Source: Gemmatimonadota bacterium (GTDB lineage Bacteria; Gemmatimonadota; Gemmatimonadetes; Longimicrobiales; RSA9). Taken from it: a DNA stretch of 15,724 nucleotides. The translations under genes and the position numbers were made by a program. Positions 1 through 8,812 of the stretch are shown here, piece after piece (positions within the stretch are counted from its first letter, which is position 1; every line of letters begins with the position of its first letter). A model generated the notes under the pieces. It was not told the DNA's origin, ran no database searches, and worked only from the letters and a program-made list of their open reading frames with translations. Location: the NCBI GenBank assembly GCA_040905425.1, contig JBBDRO010000109.1, positions 1-15,724 on the forward strand, written 5' to 3'.

Positions 1-1
1 T

Positions 2-1321
2 CCCCTTCTCGAAGTTCTCCACGCTCATCCACTCGTCCGGCGCGTGGGCGTTCTGCCCGGGCAGGCCGAAACCCATGAGCAGCGCGGGCGCGTCCAGTAG
101 TTCCTCGAACTCCACCACGATGGGGATGGAGCCGCCCTCGCCGGCGTAGATGACCTCGGCGCCGAAGGCCTCCTCGAGCGCCTTGGAGGCCGCCGCGTAG
201 AGCGGACCCTCCAGCTTGCCGCGCCACGGCCGGCCGCCGTGCAGCACCCGCACTACCACCTCCACGCCCGCCGGCTTCAACTTCTCCACGTGGGCCTGGA
301 AGAGCTTCTCGATCTCCTTGGGATCCTGGTCGGGCACCAGCCGACAGCTCACCTTGGCCATGGCATGCGACGGTAGCACCGTCTTGGCTCCCTCGCCCGT
401 ATACCCCGACAGGAATCCGTTCACCTCCACGGTGGGCCGCACCCAGAGGCGCTCCGGGGTGGTGAAGCCCTCCTCACCGCCCAGCGCGGGTGAGCCCGTC
501 TCCTTCCTGAAGGTCTCGTCGTCGAAGGGCAGCGCCCGGATCTGCTCCTTGTACTCGGGCGCGGCCGTCACCCTGTCGTAGAAGCCATCGATGGTGGCGT
601 GCCAGCGCTCGTCGTGGAAGGAGGCAATGATCCGGCAGAGCGCGGTGGCCGGGTTGATGACGGCGCCGCCGTAGCTGCCCGAGTGGAGGTCCTGAGCCGG
701 TCCGGTGACGTCGAGCTGGAAGTAGGTGAGCCCGCGCAGCGACGCCCCGATGGTGGGCATCCCCTCGGCAAACATGCTGGAGTCCGAGATGACGATGGCG
801 TCCGCCGCGAGCAGGTCGCGGTGCTCCTTCACGAAGGGCATGAGGTGCTCGCTACCCACCTCCTCCTCACCCTCGGCTATGACCACCACGTTGACGGGCA
901 GCTTGCCGTTGGCCTCCATGTGGGCCTCGAGCGCCTTCACGTGCAGGTATAGCTGCCCCTTGTCATCCACCGAGCCGCGGGCGTAGATGCGGCCCTCGCG
1001 CACCTCCGGCTCAAAGGGCGGCGTAGTCCATAGCTCCAACGGTTCGGGCGGCTGGACGTCATAGTGCCCGTAGATGAGCACCGTCTGCGCGTCGGGGCCG
1101 GCGCCGCGCCACTCGCCGGTGATGATGGGGTGCCCCTCGGTCTCGTGGACGCGCACCTCCAGCCCCGCGCCCTTCATCTTCTCCGCCAGCCACTCCGCCG
1201 TCTGCCGCGTGTCCTCGTTGTGCTCGCTCCGGGCGCTCACGCTGGGCATGCGCAGGAACTCGAAGAGCTCTTCCTGGAAGCGCTCGCGGTTGGCGTCTAT
1301 GTATTGGTGGACGTCAGGCAT
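2..1321 (-). CDS. M20 family (ArgE/DapE/CNDP-like) metallo-dipeptidase; 3' end runs off the window
   Basis: Not in the ORF track because its stop is outside the window. Manual translation from ATG 1321 (upstream GGAGGGG): MPDVHQYIDANRERFQEELFEFLRMPSVSA...VLIYGHYDVQPPEPLELWTTPPFEPEVREGRIYARGSVDDKGQ...AEGEEEVGS...GLPGQNAHAPDEWMSVENFEKG. It has the M20 metal-ligand motifs GHYDVQ, DDKG, EEE.GS and H.PDE. Confidence 0.93.
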   Translation of the reverse strand, partial: MPDVHQYIDANRERFQEELFEFLRMPSVSARSEHNEDTRQTAEWLAEKMKGAGLEVRVHETEGHPIITGEWRGAGPDAQTVLIYGHYDVQPPEPLELWTTPPFEPEVREGRIYARGSVDDKGQLYLHVKALEAHMEANGKLPVNVVVIAEGEEEVGSEHLMPFVKEHRDLLAADAIVISDSSMFAEGMPTIGASLRGLTYFQLDVTGPAQDLHSGSYGGAVINPATALCRIIASFHDERWHATIDGFYDRVTAAPEYKEQIRALPFDDETFRKETGSPALGGEEGFTTPERLWVRPTVEVNGFLSGYTGEGAKTVLPSHAMAKVSCRLVPDQDPKEIEKLFQAHVEKLKPAGVEVVVRVLHGGRPWRGKLEGPLYAAASKALEEAFGAEVIYAGEGGSIPIVVEFEELLDAPALLMGFGLPGQNAHAPDEWMSVENFEKG

Positions 1322-1415
1322 GTGGTCCCCTCCCCGTTCGTGTTGCGGTCCGCACGGCAATATGCGTGGGGGTGCGGAGCGGGGCCATGTGCCGAGGGAA
1401 TCGGGCTGCGCCGCC

Positions 1416-3284
1416 TCACCAGCCCTTCAACGGCCAGTGCATGGATGCGACCGGCGGCCAGACCAGGTTGGCCTCCTCAAGCCGGGCGGCCAGGTTGGGC
1501 GCGACGTCGAGATCGAACGGCGCGCCGCACATGCAGAAGTAGATGCCGACCATCAGCAGCAGCGGCCCCGCCGGCCGGGCATCGATTTCCGCTGCCACCG
1601 CATTGGCGGCCGCGCGGTCGCCGGTGCGGGCGGCCATCACCACGTCGGCAGCAATCCCCACCGGAAGAGCCGGGTCGGTCGGCCGCCTCCGCAGCGCCTC
1701 GAGGCGCTCCCGATCGCCACGGGCAGCGGCCAGCCAGGCTTCGCCCTTTTGGCGATTGCTGTTGGTCGAGCCGTCCAGCCGCGGCAGGGAGGCGCGAGCC
1801 TCGTCGAGGCGCCCGCCCGCGATCAGGGCCTGGAGCCGGGCTTCCTCCAGCCCGAATCCGGTCACGTTGGCCACCGAGAGCCCTCGCTCGGCAATATCCA
1901 GGGCACGGTCGGCGTCGCCGGTATAGATCGAAGCCATCACCGCATGTAGCCAGTGGGCCTCATCCAGGGCATTGCAGCGCGTGGCGCGCAGGAAGAACTC
2001 ACGCGCCGGTTCAGCCATGCCGAAGGCCAGTCCCGCCACGTGCAGCCACTGGTCGCGGCCGCAGGCCTCCGTGTGCTCGAACGTCCGTCGCGCCAGTTCT
2101 GCGAGGCCGGTCCAGTCGTCCGAAAACATGCGCCGGGTAATCTCGATGAAATCGCGGGCAGCCTCATTGGGCGCGACCCGCCAGGCGTCCCGCAGGCGCC
2201 GCTCGTGCTCGGCGCGGGCGCGCGCCACTTCTCCGGCCGGTAGCGACTCCGGCTCGACGCCGGCGGCCAGGTCGAGCAGGATGTGGCCGTACAGGTCGGA
2301 ACTGTGGAAGCGTGCCACCCAGAGCCTCGGTGCCCGCGCGAACGCCCGGTCGAAGAGGGCGTTGGCCTCCATCAGCGTCGGGATCTGCGGCGCGCCGCCG
2401 TGGGCGAGCTGATAAAGCTCGTAGCCGCGCGCAAAGAGGGCGTAGGCCTCGGGATCACGTACGCCGGCCTCGGCCATCCGCTCGCGCTCGCGTTCGTCGA
2501 GCAGTATGCCGAGGGCGGAGGCCACCTGGCTGGCGATGTCGGTCTGGACCACGAAGGCGTCGTCGACCGGCCGGTCGTAGGCGGCCGACCAGACCTGGAA
2601 TCCATCCCGGGCCCGCACGAGCTGGGCGGTCACGCGCATCATCTCGCCGGAGTGCCGCACGGTGCCCTCGAGCACGTGATCCACGCCGAGGCGCGCGGCA
2701 ATCTCGTCGACCGGTACGTCCTTGTCCTTGTAGAAGAAGGATGACGTACGCGCCGTGACCAGCAGGTTCGGCACCGCGGTCAGCGCGTTGAGGATTTCCT
2801 CGGTCAGTCCGTCGGCGAAGTAGCCCTGCTCCGGGTCGGAGGAGAGGTTGTCGAAGGGCAGCACCGCAATCGACGACCCCACCTCGACGCTGCCCGCGGA
2901 CTCCACCTCGGCAGCCGGTCCGGAGCCGGCGCCTGGATTCAGCAACCACCCGGCGGACAGCCCGATGCCCACCGCAACCAGGAACCCGGCAACCACGAGG
3001 GTACGTTTGCCCAGCGGCGGCGCGCTTCCGCCGGCGTCCCCCCGGGCCGCTGGTGCCGTTCGCCGTATCGAGCCCTCGGGCGTCACCTCCAGCGCCCAGG
3101 CCAGCACGAGCGCCACCGGGAAGCCCAGCATCACCAGCGCGACCACCAGGCTCATGGCCCAGTTCGGCACGCCCATCCGCGGCAGCATGAGGTCCGCCGC
3201 CTCGAGCACCGCGAAGGCGGTGGCACCGTACACCACCGCCACGCGGAAGACCTTCCGGCGCCTTAGTTCCTCGAAGAAGGTCAT
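1416..3284 (-). CDS. Membrane-anchored TolB-N-like/TPR protein with no catalytic output domain
   Basis: N-terminal FFEELRRRKVFRVAVVY...LGFPVALVLAWALEVTPEG membrane module, a third TM (TLVVAGFLVAVGIGLSAGWLL), a TolB-N-like domain (SIAVLPFDNLSSDPEQGYFADGLTEEILNAL...ARTSSFFYK...VLEGTVR), then helical TPR-like repeats. Start taken at ATG 3284 from the family N-terminus; ATG 3308 is an alternative. Confidence 0.85.
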   Translation of the reverse strand: MTFFEELRRRKVFRVAVVYGATAFAVLEAADLMLPRMGVPNWAMSLVVALVMLGFPVALVLAWALEVTPEGSIRRTAPAARGDAGGSAPPLGKRTLVVAGFLVAVGIGLSAGWLLNPGAGSGPAAEVESAGSVEVGSSIAVLPFDNLSSDPEQGYFADGLTEEILNALTAVPNLLVTARTSSFFYKDKDVPVDEIAARLGVDHVLEGTVRHSGEMMRVTAQLVRARDGFQVWSAAYDRPVDDAFVVQTDIASQVASALGILLDERERERMAEAGVRDPEAYALFARGYELYQLAHGGAPQIPTLMEANALFDRAFARAPRLWVARFHSSDLYGHILLDLAAGVEPESLPAGEVARARAEHERRLRDAWRVAPNEAARDFIEITRRMFSDDWTGLAELARRTFEHTEACGRDQWLHVAGLAFGMAEPAREFFLRATRCNALDEAHWLHAVMASIYTGDADRALDIAERGLSVANVTGFGLEEARLQALIAGGRLDEARASLPRLDGSTNSNRQKGEAWLAAARGDRERLEALRRRPTDPALPVGIAADVVMAARTGDRAAANAVAAEIDARPAGPLLLMVGIYFCMCGAPFDLDVAPNLAARLEEANLVWPPVASMHWPLKGW

Positions 3285-3683
3285 GCGTTGCCAACCAGGG
3301 CCGGTCATCGTACTGCCTTAAGCGACCCGGCGCCCCGACCTTCGAGCGCACCAACGATCATCGCGCGCAGTCGCTCCAGGACCGTGGCTCCGTCATGCGG
3401 CGGAGATCCTTTGCGGAGGTGGTGGTCTGGTGAAGGTGTGTCGGGCGAACGGCCCGACATCCCAGAGTACATCAGCCGGCCGGGCCGGGCAATGATGTCC
3501 CCGTCTCTGGCACCGCCCCCCCCACCCCCAACCAAACCGCCCCCTCGCGCGCCTGATAGCGGGGCGTAGCGCCCCCCGTGCCGCCGCCTTGCCTCCTGGC
3601 CCGCCACGGCCAAATTGCACACCAGGCGCGCAGCCGATCCCTCCCGGCCCACGCGCCCGCCGTATCCACCTGGAGAAGACAGC

Positions 3684-6590
3684 ATGCGAACGATGACGTT
3701 CCTCCGCCGCCGCGCGGACCTTGCGACCATGGCGGCGCTCGCCCTGCTCGTGCCCGCCGCCGCCGCGGCGCAGCAGCGCTCCGCCCTGGACGCCACCACC
3801 TTGGCGACCATCGAGGCCCGCTCTCTCGGGCCCGGGCTGGTCACCGGCCGCATCGCGGACATAGCCATCGATCCGCGGGACACCAACGTCTGGTACGTGG
3901 CCACGGCGTTCGGCGGCGTGTGGAAGACGGACAACCGGGGGCTCTCCTTCGAGCCGATCTTCGATGACGGCGGCACCCACAACATGTGCTGCATCGTCAT
4001 CGACCCGGAAGATTCCAACGTCCTCTGGCTGGGCACGGGCGAGAACCACAGTCAGCGCAGCGCCCACTTCGGGGACGGGCTCTACAAGTCCACCGACGCG
4101 GGGGAGAGCTGGCGGCGGGTAGGGCTGGCCAGCTCGGAGCACATCGGCGCCATCCGCATCGACCCGCGTGACTCGGACGTGGTCTACGTGGCGGCGCAGG
4201 GTCCGCTCTTCTCGGCCGGCGGCGACCGCGGCCTCTACCGTACCAGCGACGGCGGCGCCACCTGGGACCGCGTCCTCTTCGTGAGCGACGACACCGGCAT
4301 CACCGACGTGGTGCTGGACCCGCACGACCCGGACGTCCTCTTTGCCGCGGCCTATCCGCGCCGCCGCCACGTGGGCCAGGCCCTCGGCGGCAGCCCCGAG
4401 GGCGGCATCTTCCGGAGCCCGGACGGCGGGCGGAGCTGGGAGAAGCTGGGCAACGGCCTGCCCACCGCCGACTTCGGGCGGGCCGGGCTGGCCATCGACG
4501 GGCGCACCAGCCCCTCGCAGCTGCTCGCGCTCATCCAGGCGGGCCAGGGGCAGTCGGGCATCTACCGCACTCTGGACGGCGGCGATAGCTGGGAGCGCTT
4601 CGGCGTCATGGAGCAGCAGGGCCAGGGGCGCGGCGGCCCGCCGCGCGGCGGCGACCCGGATGACGAGGACGAAGAGGAGGAGGATGCCGACCCGGACTGG
4701 TACGCCGACGGCATCGGTCAGTACTACAGCGAGCTGTTCCTGGATCCGCACCGGCCTGGCCACGTCTACTCCATGGCCGTGCGCCTGGCGCGCAGCACGG
4801 ACGGCGGCGCCACCTGGGGCCGCGCCGGCTGGGAGAGCGCCGGCGTGCACGTGGACCACCACGCCCTGGCCTTCGACCCCGAGGATCCCGACCACATCCT
4901 GCTCGGCAATGACGGCGGGCTCTACGAGACCTACGACGCGGGGGAGAGCTGGCGCTTCTTTGCCAACCTGCCCGTCACACAGTACTACCGCGTGGGCGTG
5001 AACAACGCCACGCCCTTCTACCACGTGTGCGGCGGCACGCAGGACAACTTCTCCATGTGCGGCCCCTCCCGCACCACCAACGGCTGGGGCATCCGCAACA
5101 GTGACTGGTTCATCATCGCGGGCGGCGACGGCTTCCAGGCCCGCGGGGACATGGAGGACCCCAACACCTTCTACGGGGAGTCGCAGAACGGCGGCCTGTC
5201 CCGCTTCGACGCGCGCAGCGGGCGCGGCACCAGCATCCGGCCGCGCATCAACACGGCGCCGGCCGCCTTCGGCCATGCACCCGCCGACTCCACCTGGCGC
5301 GACCGCTTCAACTGGGACACGCCCTTCATCCTGAGCCCGCACCAGTCCAGGCGGCTTTACTTCGCCAGTCAGTTCCTCTACCGCAGTGACGACCGGGGGG
5401 ACAACTGGCAGCGCGTGAGCCCGGACCTCACCCGCCAGCTGGACCCGGACACGCTGCCCATCATGGGCAAGGTCTGGCCGCGCGGCTCGGTGGCGCTGAA
5501 CGTCTCCACCACCGCGCTCAGCAACATCGTTACGCTGGACGAGTCCCCCCTCCTGGAGGGCCTCATCTACGCCGGCACCGATGACGGTCTGCTGCAGGTC
5601 AGCGAGGACGGCGGCGCCAGCTGGCGGCGCATCGACCGCTTCCCCGACGTGCCGCGCTGGAGCTACGTGACGGACGTCTTTGCCTCACCGCGGGACGCCG
5701 GCACCGTCTTCGTGGCGCTGAACAACTGGCAGCGCGGGGACTACGCCCCCTACATCGTCAAGAGCACGGACCGCGGCCGCAGCTGGACCAACATCACCGG
5801 CAACCTGCCCACCAAGCACAACGTGTGGACCGTGGCACAAGACCACGTGAACGCCAACCTGCTCTTCGCGGGCACCGAGTTCGGCCTCTTCTTCTCCCCG
5901 GACGGCGGCGGGCAGTGGACCCAACTGAAGGGCGGCATGCCCATAGCCCAGGTGCGGGACCTCATCCTGCACCGCCGCGAGCATGACGTGGTCATGGCCA
6001 CCTTCGGGCGCGGCTTCTACGTGCTGGATGACTACAGCGCGCTCCGCGCGATCACCCCCGCCACGCTGGCCGAGCCTGCCCGGCTCTTCCCGCTGCGCCA
6101 CGCCTACAGCTACGTCCAGGGCGGCCTGGCCCCCGCGGGCGCGGCCGGCGTGCTGGCCATCTCCGGCAACTACTCTACCGCCAACCCGCCCGTGGGCGCG
6201 TGGATCACCTACCACGTGCGCGACGCCGTGCCCGAGGACGCCCGCCTGGTGCTCACCATCACGGACGGCAGCGGTGAGGCGTTCCGCCGCTGTGAGCTGG
6301 AGGGCCAGCCGGGGCTCCGGCGCTTCGCGTGGAACCTGCTGGGGGACCCCGCGCCCGGGGAGCCGGACGAGGACGATCCCGACGCCGAGGAGGAAAGTGG
6401 CGCGGAGATCACCTCCTGCACCGGCGGTGGTGGCGGCGGCGGTTTCGGCGGCGGCGGCCGCGGCCGGCGCCCCACGCCCCGCGCCGAGCCCGGCGTCTAC
6501 CGCGCCTCGATCGGCTTCCTGTTCGGTGACGAGGTAACGGAGATCGGACCCAGCCAGACGTTCAACGTGCTACCGCTGCCGGAGCGGTAG
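3684..6590 (+). CDS. Secreted BNR/Asp-box (VPS10/sortilin-like) beta-propeller protein, often annotated 'glycosyl hydrolase'
   Basis: GGAGA RBS at 3672-3676 before ATG 3684; signal peptide ([14 protein letters not shown]); many Asp-boxes ([48 protein letters not shown]); family motifs [44 protein letters not shown]. Confidence 0.9.
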   Translation: MRTMTFLRRRADLATMAALALLVPAAAAAQQRSALDATTLATIEARSLGPGLVTGRIADIAIDPRDTNVWYVATAFGGVWKTDNRGLSFEPIFDDGGTHNMCCIVIDPEDSNVLWLGTGENHSQRSAHFGDGLYKSTDAGESWRRVGLASSEHIGAIRIDPRDSDVVYVAAQGPLFSAGGDRGLYRTSDGGATWDRVLFVSDDTGITDVVLDPHDPDVLFAAAYPRRRHVGQALGGSPEGGIFRSPDGGRSWEKLGNGLPTADFGRAGLAIDGRTSPSQLLALIQAGQGQSGIYRTLDGGDSWERFGVMEQQGQGRGGPPRGGDPDDEDEEEEDADPDWYADGIGQYYSELFLDPHRPGHVYSMAVRLARSTDGGATWGRAGWESAGVHVDHHALAFDPEDPDHILLGNDGGLYETYDAGESWRFFANLPVTQYYRVGVNNATPFYHVCGGTQDNFSMCGPSRTTNGWGIRNSDWFIIAGGDGFQARGDMEDPNTFYGESQNGGLSRFDARSGRGTSIRPRINTAPAAFGHAPADSTWRDRFNWDTPFILSPHQSRRLYFASQFLYRSDDRGDNWQRVSPDLTRQLDPDTLPIMGKVWPRGSVALNVSTTALSNIVTLDESPLLEGLIYAGTDDGLLQVSEDGGASWRRIDRFPDVPRWSYVTDVFASPRDAGTVFVALNNWQRGDYAPYIVKSTDRGRSWTNITGNLPTKHNVWTVAQDHVNANLLFAGTEFGLFFSPDGGGQWTQLKGGMPIAQVRDLILHRREHDVVMATFGRGFYVLDDYSALRAITPATLAEPARLFPLRHAYSYVQGGLAPAGAAGVLAISGNYSTANPPVGAWITYHVRDAVPEDARLVLTITDGSGEAFRRCELEGQPGLRRFAWNLLGDPAPGEPDEDDPDAEEESGAEITSCTGGGGGGGFGGGGRGRRPTPRAEPGVYRASIGFLFGDEVTEIGPSQTFNVLPLPER

Positions 6591-6611
6591 TCCGCCGTCC
6601 CCTTCCGGGGG

Positions 6612-6663
6612 TAAGCGACGATGCCCGGCCGGCTTCTTCCGCTCCGCGGGAAGCCGGCCGGGC
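6612..6663 (+). repeat. 52-bp hairpin element copy 1; probable intrinsic terminator of the BNR/VPS10 gene
   Basis: TAAGCGACGATGCCCGGCCGGCTTCTTCCGCTCCGCGGGAAGCCGGCCGGGC. 14-bp perfect stem GCCCGGCCGGCTTC/GAAGCCGGCCGGGC followed by TCTGTTCGT, starting 21 bp after the stop at 6590. 50/52 identical to 11023-11074. Confidence 0.9.
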
Positions 6664-6683
6664 TCTGTTCGTGGGTGCGTCCG

Positions 6684-6728
6684 TTGCGTCTCCGGCTTCT
6701 GTCCTGTATGATGTATAAAAGCATCATA
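6684..6728 (+). promoter_or_regulatory. Sigma70-type promoter of hipBA with an overlapping palindromic operator
   Basis: TTGCGT (6684-6689), 17-bp spacer, TATGAT (6707-6712). The perfect inverted repeat TATGATG-N8-CATCATA (6707-6728) covers the -10 element and start site. Confidence 0.75.
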
Positions 6729-6747
6729 TCTCCTTTGTGAAGACCAT

Positions 6748-7044
6748 ATGACCGATTTACGCATCGAAAATCGCACCGATGCCGAGATCCTGGCGGAACT
6801 GGGCGAGCGCCTGGCCCGTCTGCGCACCGGTCACGGCCTGACCCAGGAGGAAGCGGCCCGCCAGGCGGGCGTGGCACGCACCACCGTCTCGCGGGCCGAA
6901 CGGGGTGAGAATCCCAACCTCCTCACCGTGGTCCGCCTGCTCCGCGTATACGGGCGCCTGGGCGCGCTGGACAGCTTCATCCCCGAACCGGAGGTGAGCC
7001 CGATGGCGCTCATACGGTCCAGTCGAGGGACGGGCCGTGGCTGA
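6748..7044 (+). CDS. hipB: XRE-family HTH antitoxin (HipB-like)
   Basis: 98 aa with Cro/C1 HTH (LARLRTGHGLTQEEAARQAGVARTTVSRAERGENPNLLTVVRLL); overlaps the GTG start of the downstream HipA gene by 8 bp. Confidence 0.85.
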   Translation: MTDLRIENRTDAEILAELGERLARLRTGHGLTQEEAARQAGVARTTVSRAERGENPNLLTVVRLLRVYGRLGALDSFIPEPEVSPMALIRSSRGTGRG

Positions 7045-8341
7045 GGCGGCGGCGTTCGCGGAGATCCGCCTGTGGGGGCGGACCCTGGGGGGAGTGGCGG
7101 AGCTGGCAGACGGCGGCGTGGTCTTCGAGTACGACCCCGGCTTCCGCCGCTCCGGGCTGGAGCTCTCCCCGCTGCGCCTGCCGCTCTCCCTGCGCGGCCC
7201 GGTGCGCTTCACGGAGCTGCTGCGCCAGGAGGGCTTCCGCGGGCTGCCCGGCGTGCTGGCCGACGCCCTGCCCGACGCCTTCGGCACGAGCGTCATCCGC
7301 GCCTACTATACGGCCCGAGGGCGGTCCGAGAAGGCGTTCTCCCCGGTGCAGCATCTGCTCTACGTGGGCGAGCGCGCCCTTGGCGCACTCACCTTTCACC
7401 CCGCCGAGGAGCTGGAGCCGCGACCGAGGGAGGTGGGGGCCCTGGACGTGGAGGCGCTGGAGGTGGCCGCGCTGGTGGCCGACGCCCGGCGCATCATCGC
7501 CGGCGTGGCGGACGTCACCGTGCCGGAGATCTACCGCATCGGCTCATCCGCGGGTGGCATGCGCCCCAAGGCCATCGTGCTCTTCAACCCCGGCACGGCA
7601 GAAGTGCGCTCCGCCTTCGCGCCGCCCTGCCGCGGTGACATCCCCGCGCTGGTGAAATTCGATGGCGTGGGCAAGCGCACCATCCACCAGGAGCTGGGCC
7701 AGCCGGAGCACTACAATCGCGTTGAGGCCGCCTACGCCCGCATGGCCCGGGACGCGGGGCTGGACGTGGTCCGCATCCACATGCTCGAGAGTCCCGACGG
7801 CCATGCCCACCTCATCATTCCGCGCTTCGACCGGCGGGACGGCGAGCGCCTCCATCAGCACACGCTGGGCGGGCTCCTGCACGTGGACTACAACGATCCC
7901 GGCGCCAGCAGCTACGAGGAGTACCTGCGCACCATCCTCCGCCTGGGGATGCCGCCGGCCGCGGTCATCGAAGGTTACCGGCGCATGGTCTTCAACGTGC
8001 TGGCCGTGAACCAGGATGACCACGTGAAGAACCTCTCCTTCCACATGAGCCCCGACGGCATGTGGTCCCTCACCCCCGCCTACGACCTCACCTTTGCCCG
8101 CGGCGGCGGCTGGACCGCCACGCACCAGATGCGCATTGCCGACAAGCGTGCCGGCATCGCCCGCGGCGATCTGCTGGCCGTGGCCGCCACGTTCGCCATC
8201 CGCAACCCGAACGGCATCATCCAGCGCGTAGCGGACGTGCTGGCGGAGTGGCCGCGCTACGCCCGCGAAACCGGCGTGCCGCGGGAGACCGTGCGTGAGG
8301 TGGAGGTGGCGCTGGAGGAGCGGCGGGAAGAGGTGGGGTAG
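7037..8341 (+). CDS. hipA: HipA-family serine/threonine kinase toxin (type II TA)
   Basis: 434 aa; HipA N-domain (FEYDPGFRRSGLELSPLRLPL...LADALPDAFG), Gly-rich loop GSSAGGMRPKA, LVKFD, catalytic NQDDHVKNLSF and LTPAYDL. Confidence 0.93.
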   Translation: MAEAAAFAEIRLWGRTLGGVAELADGGVVFEYDPGFRRSGLELSPLRLPLSLRGPVRFTELLRQEGFRGLPGVLADALPDAFGTSVIRAYYTARGRSEKAFSPVQHLLYVGERALGALTFHPAEELEPRPREVGALDVEALEVAALVADARRIIAGVADVTVPEIYRIGSSAGGMRPKAIVLFNPGTAEVRSAFAPPCRGDIPALVKFDGVGKRTIHQELGQPEHYNRVEAAYARMARDAGLDVVRIHMLESPDGHAHLIIPRFDRRDGERLHQHTLGGLLHVDYNDPGASSYEEYLRTILRLGMPPAAVIEGYRRMVFNVLAVNQDDHVKNLSFHMSPDGMWSLTPAYDLTFARGGGWTATHQMRIADKRAGIARGDLLAVAATFAIRNPNGIIQRVADVLAEWPRYARETGVPRETVREVEVALEERREEVG

Positions 8342-8386
8342 AGGGCGCGCGGGAGGCCGGACTTCACAGACGGAGCGCCAACAATG

Positions 8387-8812
8387 CTACGCAGGCCTGT
8401 TCCTGAAGAGATCCTCCGCCCATGACGAAAATGCTTCCGTCTCGCGCAAGATCCGCTGACCCTGCTCGAGGGTGTAATAGTTGCCGCTGTAGGAGGCGTG
8501 CGTCTTCGCATCCAGGATCCTTCTCAAGCGCTCGATCTGGTCGGGGTCGGCTCGGTGTCCGAGAGCGTGCATGAGAACTTCGGCTCCCCGCCGATGATCG
8601 CCATCGGTCGACCTGATCTCTCGGTAGGCAGTCGAAAGCGCATCCGTAAACGCGATTGCGGCGTGGATCGCCACGATGGCCAGGCCGTTACCGTACTTCG
8701 CTTCAGCGAGCGTCTCCAAATCATGGGCGGTACGCAGTAGCGCCTGCCCGACGGCGTGGTACTTGGCCGCGGTGCTCCGGTCCTGCCGTTTCGTGGCTCC
8801 AAGCTTCACCAC
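8387..8812 (-). CDS. HEPN-domain protein, partner of the upstream nucleotidyltransferase
   Basis: 141-aa all-helical pattern (AIVAIHAAIAFTDAL...DGDHRRGAEVL...RILDAKTHASYSG...AFSSWAEDL). Its GTG start overlaps the TAG stop of the MNT gene (TAGTG). MNT-HEPN pairing is an established operon type. Confidence 0.72.
   Translation of the reverse strand: MVKLGATKRQDRSTAAKYHAVGQALLRTAHDLETLAEAKYGNGLAIVAIHAAIAFTDALSTAYREIRSTDGDHRRGAEVLMHALGHRADPDQIERLRRILDAKTHASYSGNYYTLEQGQRILRETEAFSSWAEDLFRNRPA

Noticed and set aside
3305..3460. 51-aa minus-strand ORF whose TGA overlaps ATG 3308, with an 8-bp hairpin at 3439-3459
   Set aside because: The ATGA overlap is suggestive, but codon usage is weak, there are no motifs, and the family N-terminus favours a start at 3284.
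3393..5342. 649-aa minus-strand ORF and other long antisense or alternate-frame ORFs (e.g. 14128-15471, 11878-12981, 1064-2140)
   Set aside because: Shadow ORFs of real high-GC genes with no recognisable motifs.
7439..7480. Short imperfect 15-bp tandem duplication in hipA (ALDVE-ALEVA-ALVA)
   Set aside because: In frame, in a linker region, and catalytic motifs are intact; probably neutral.
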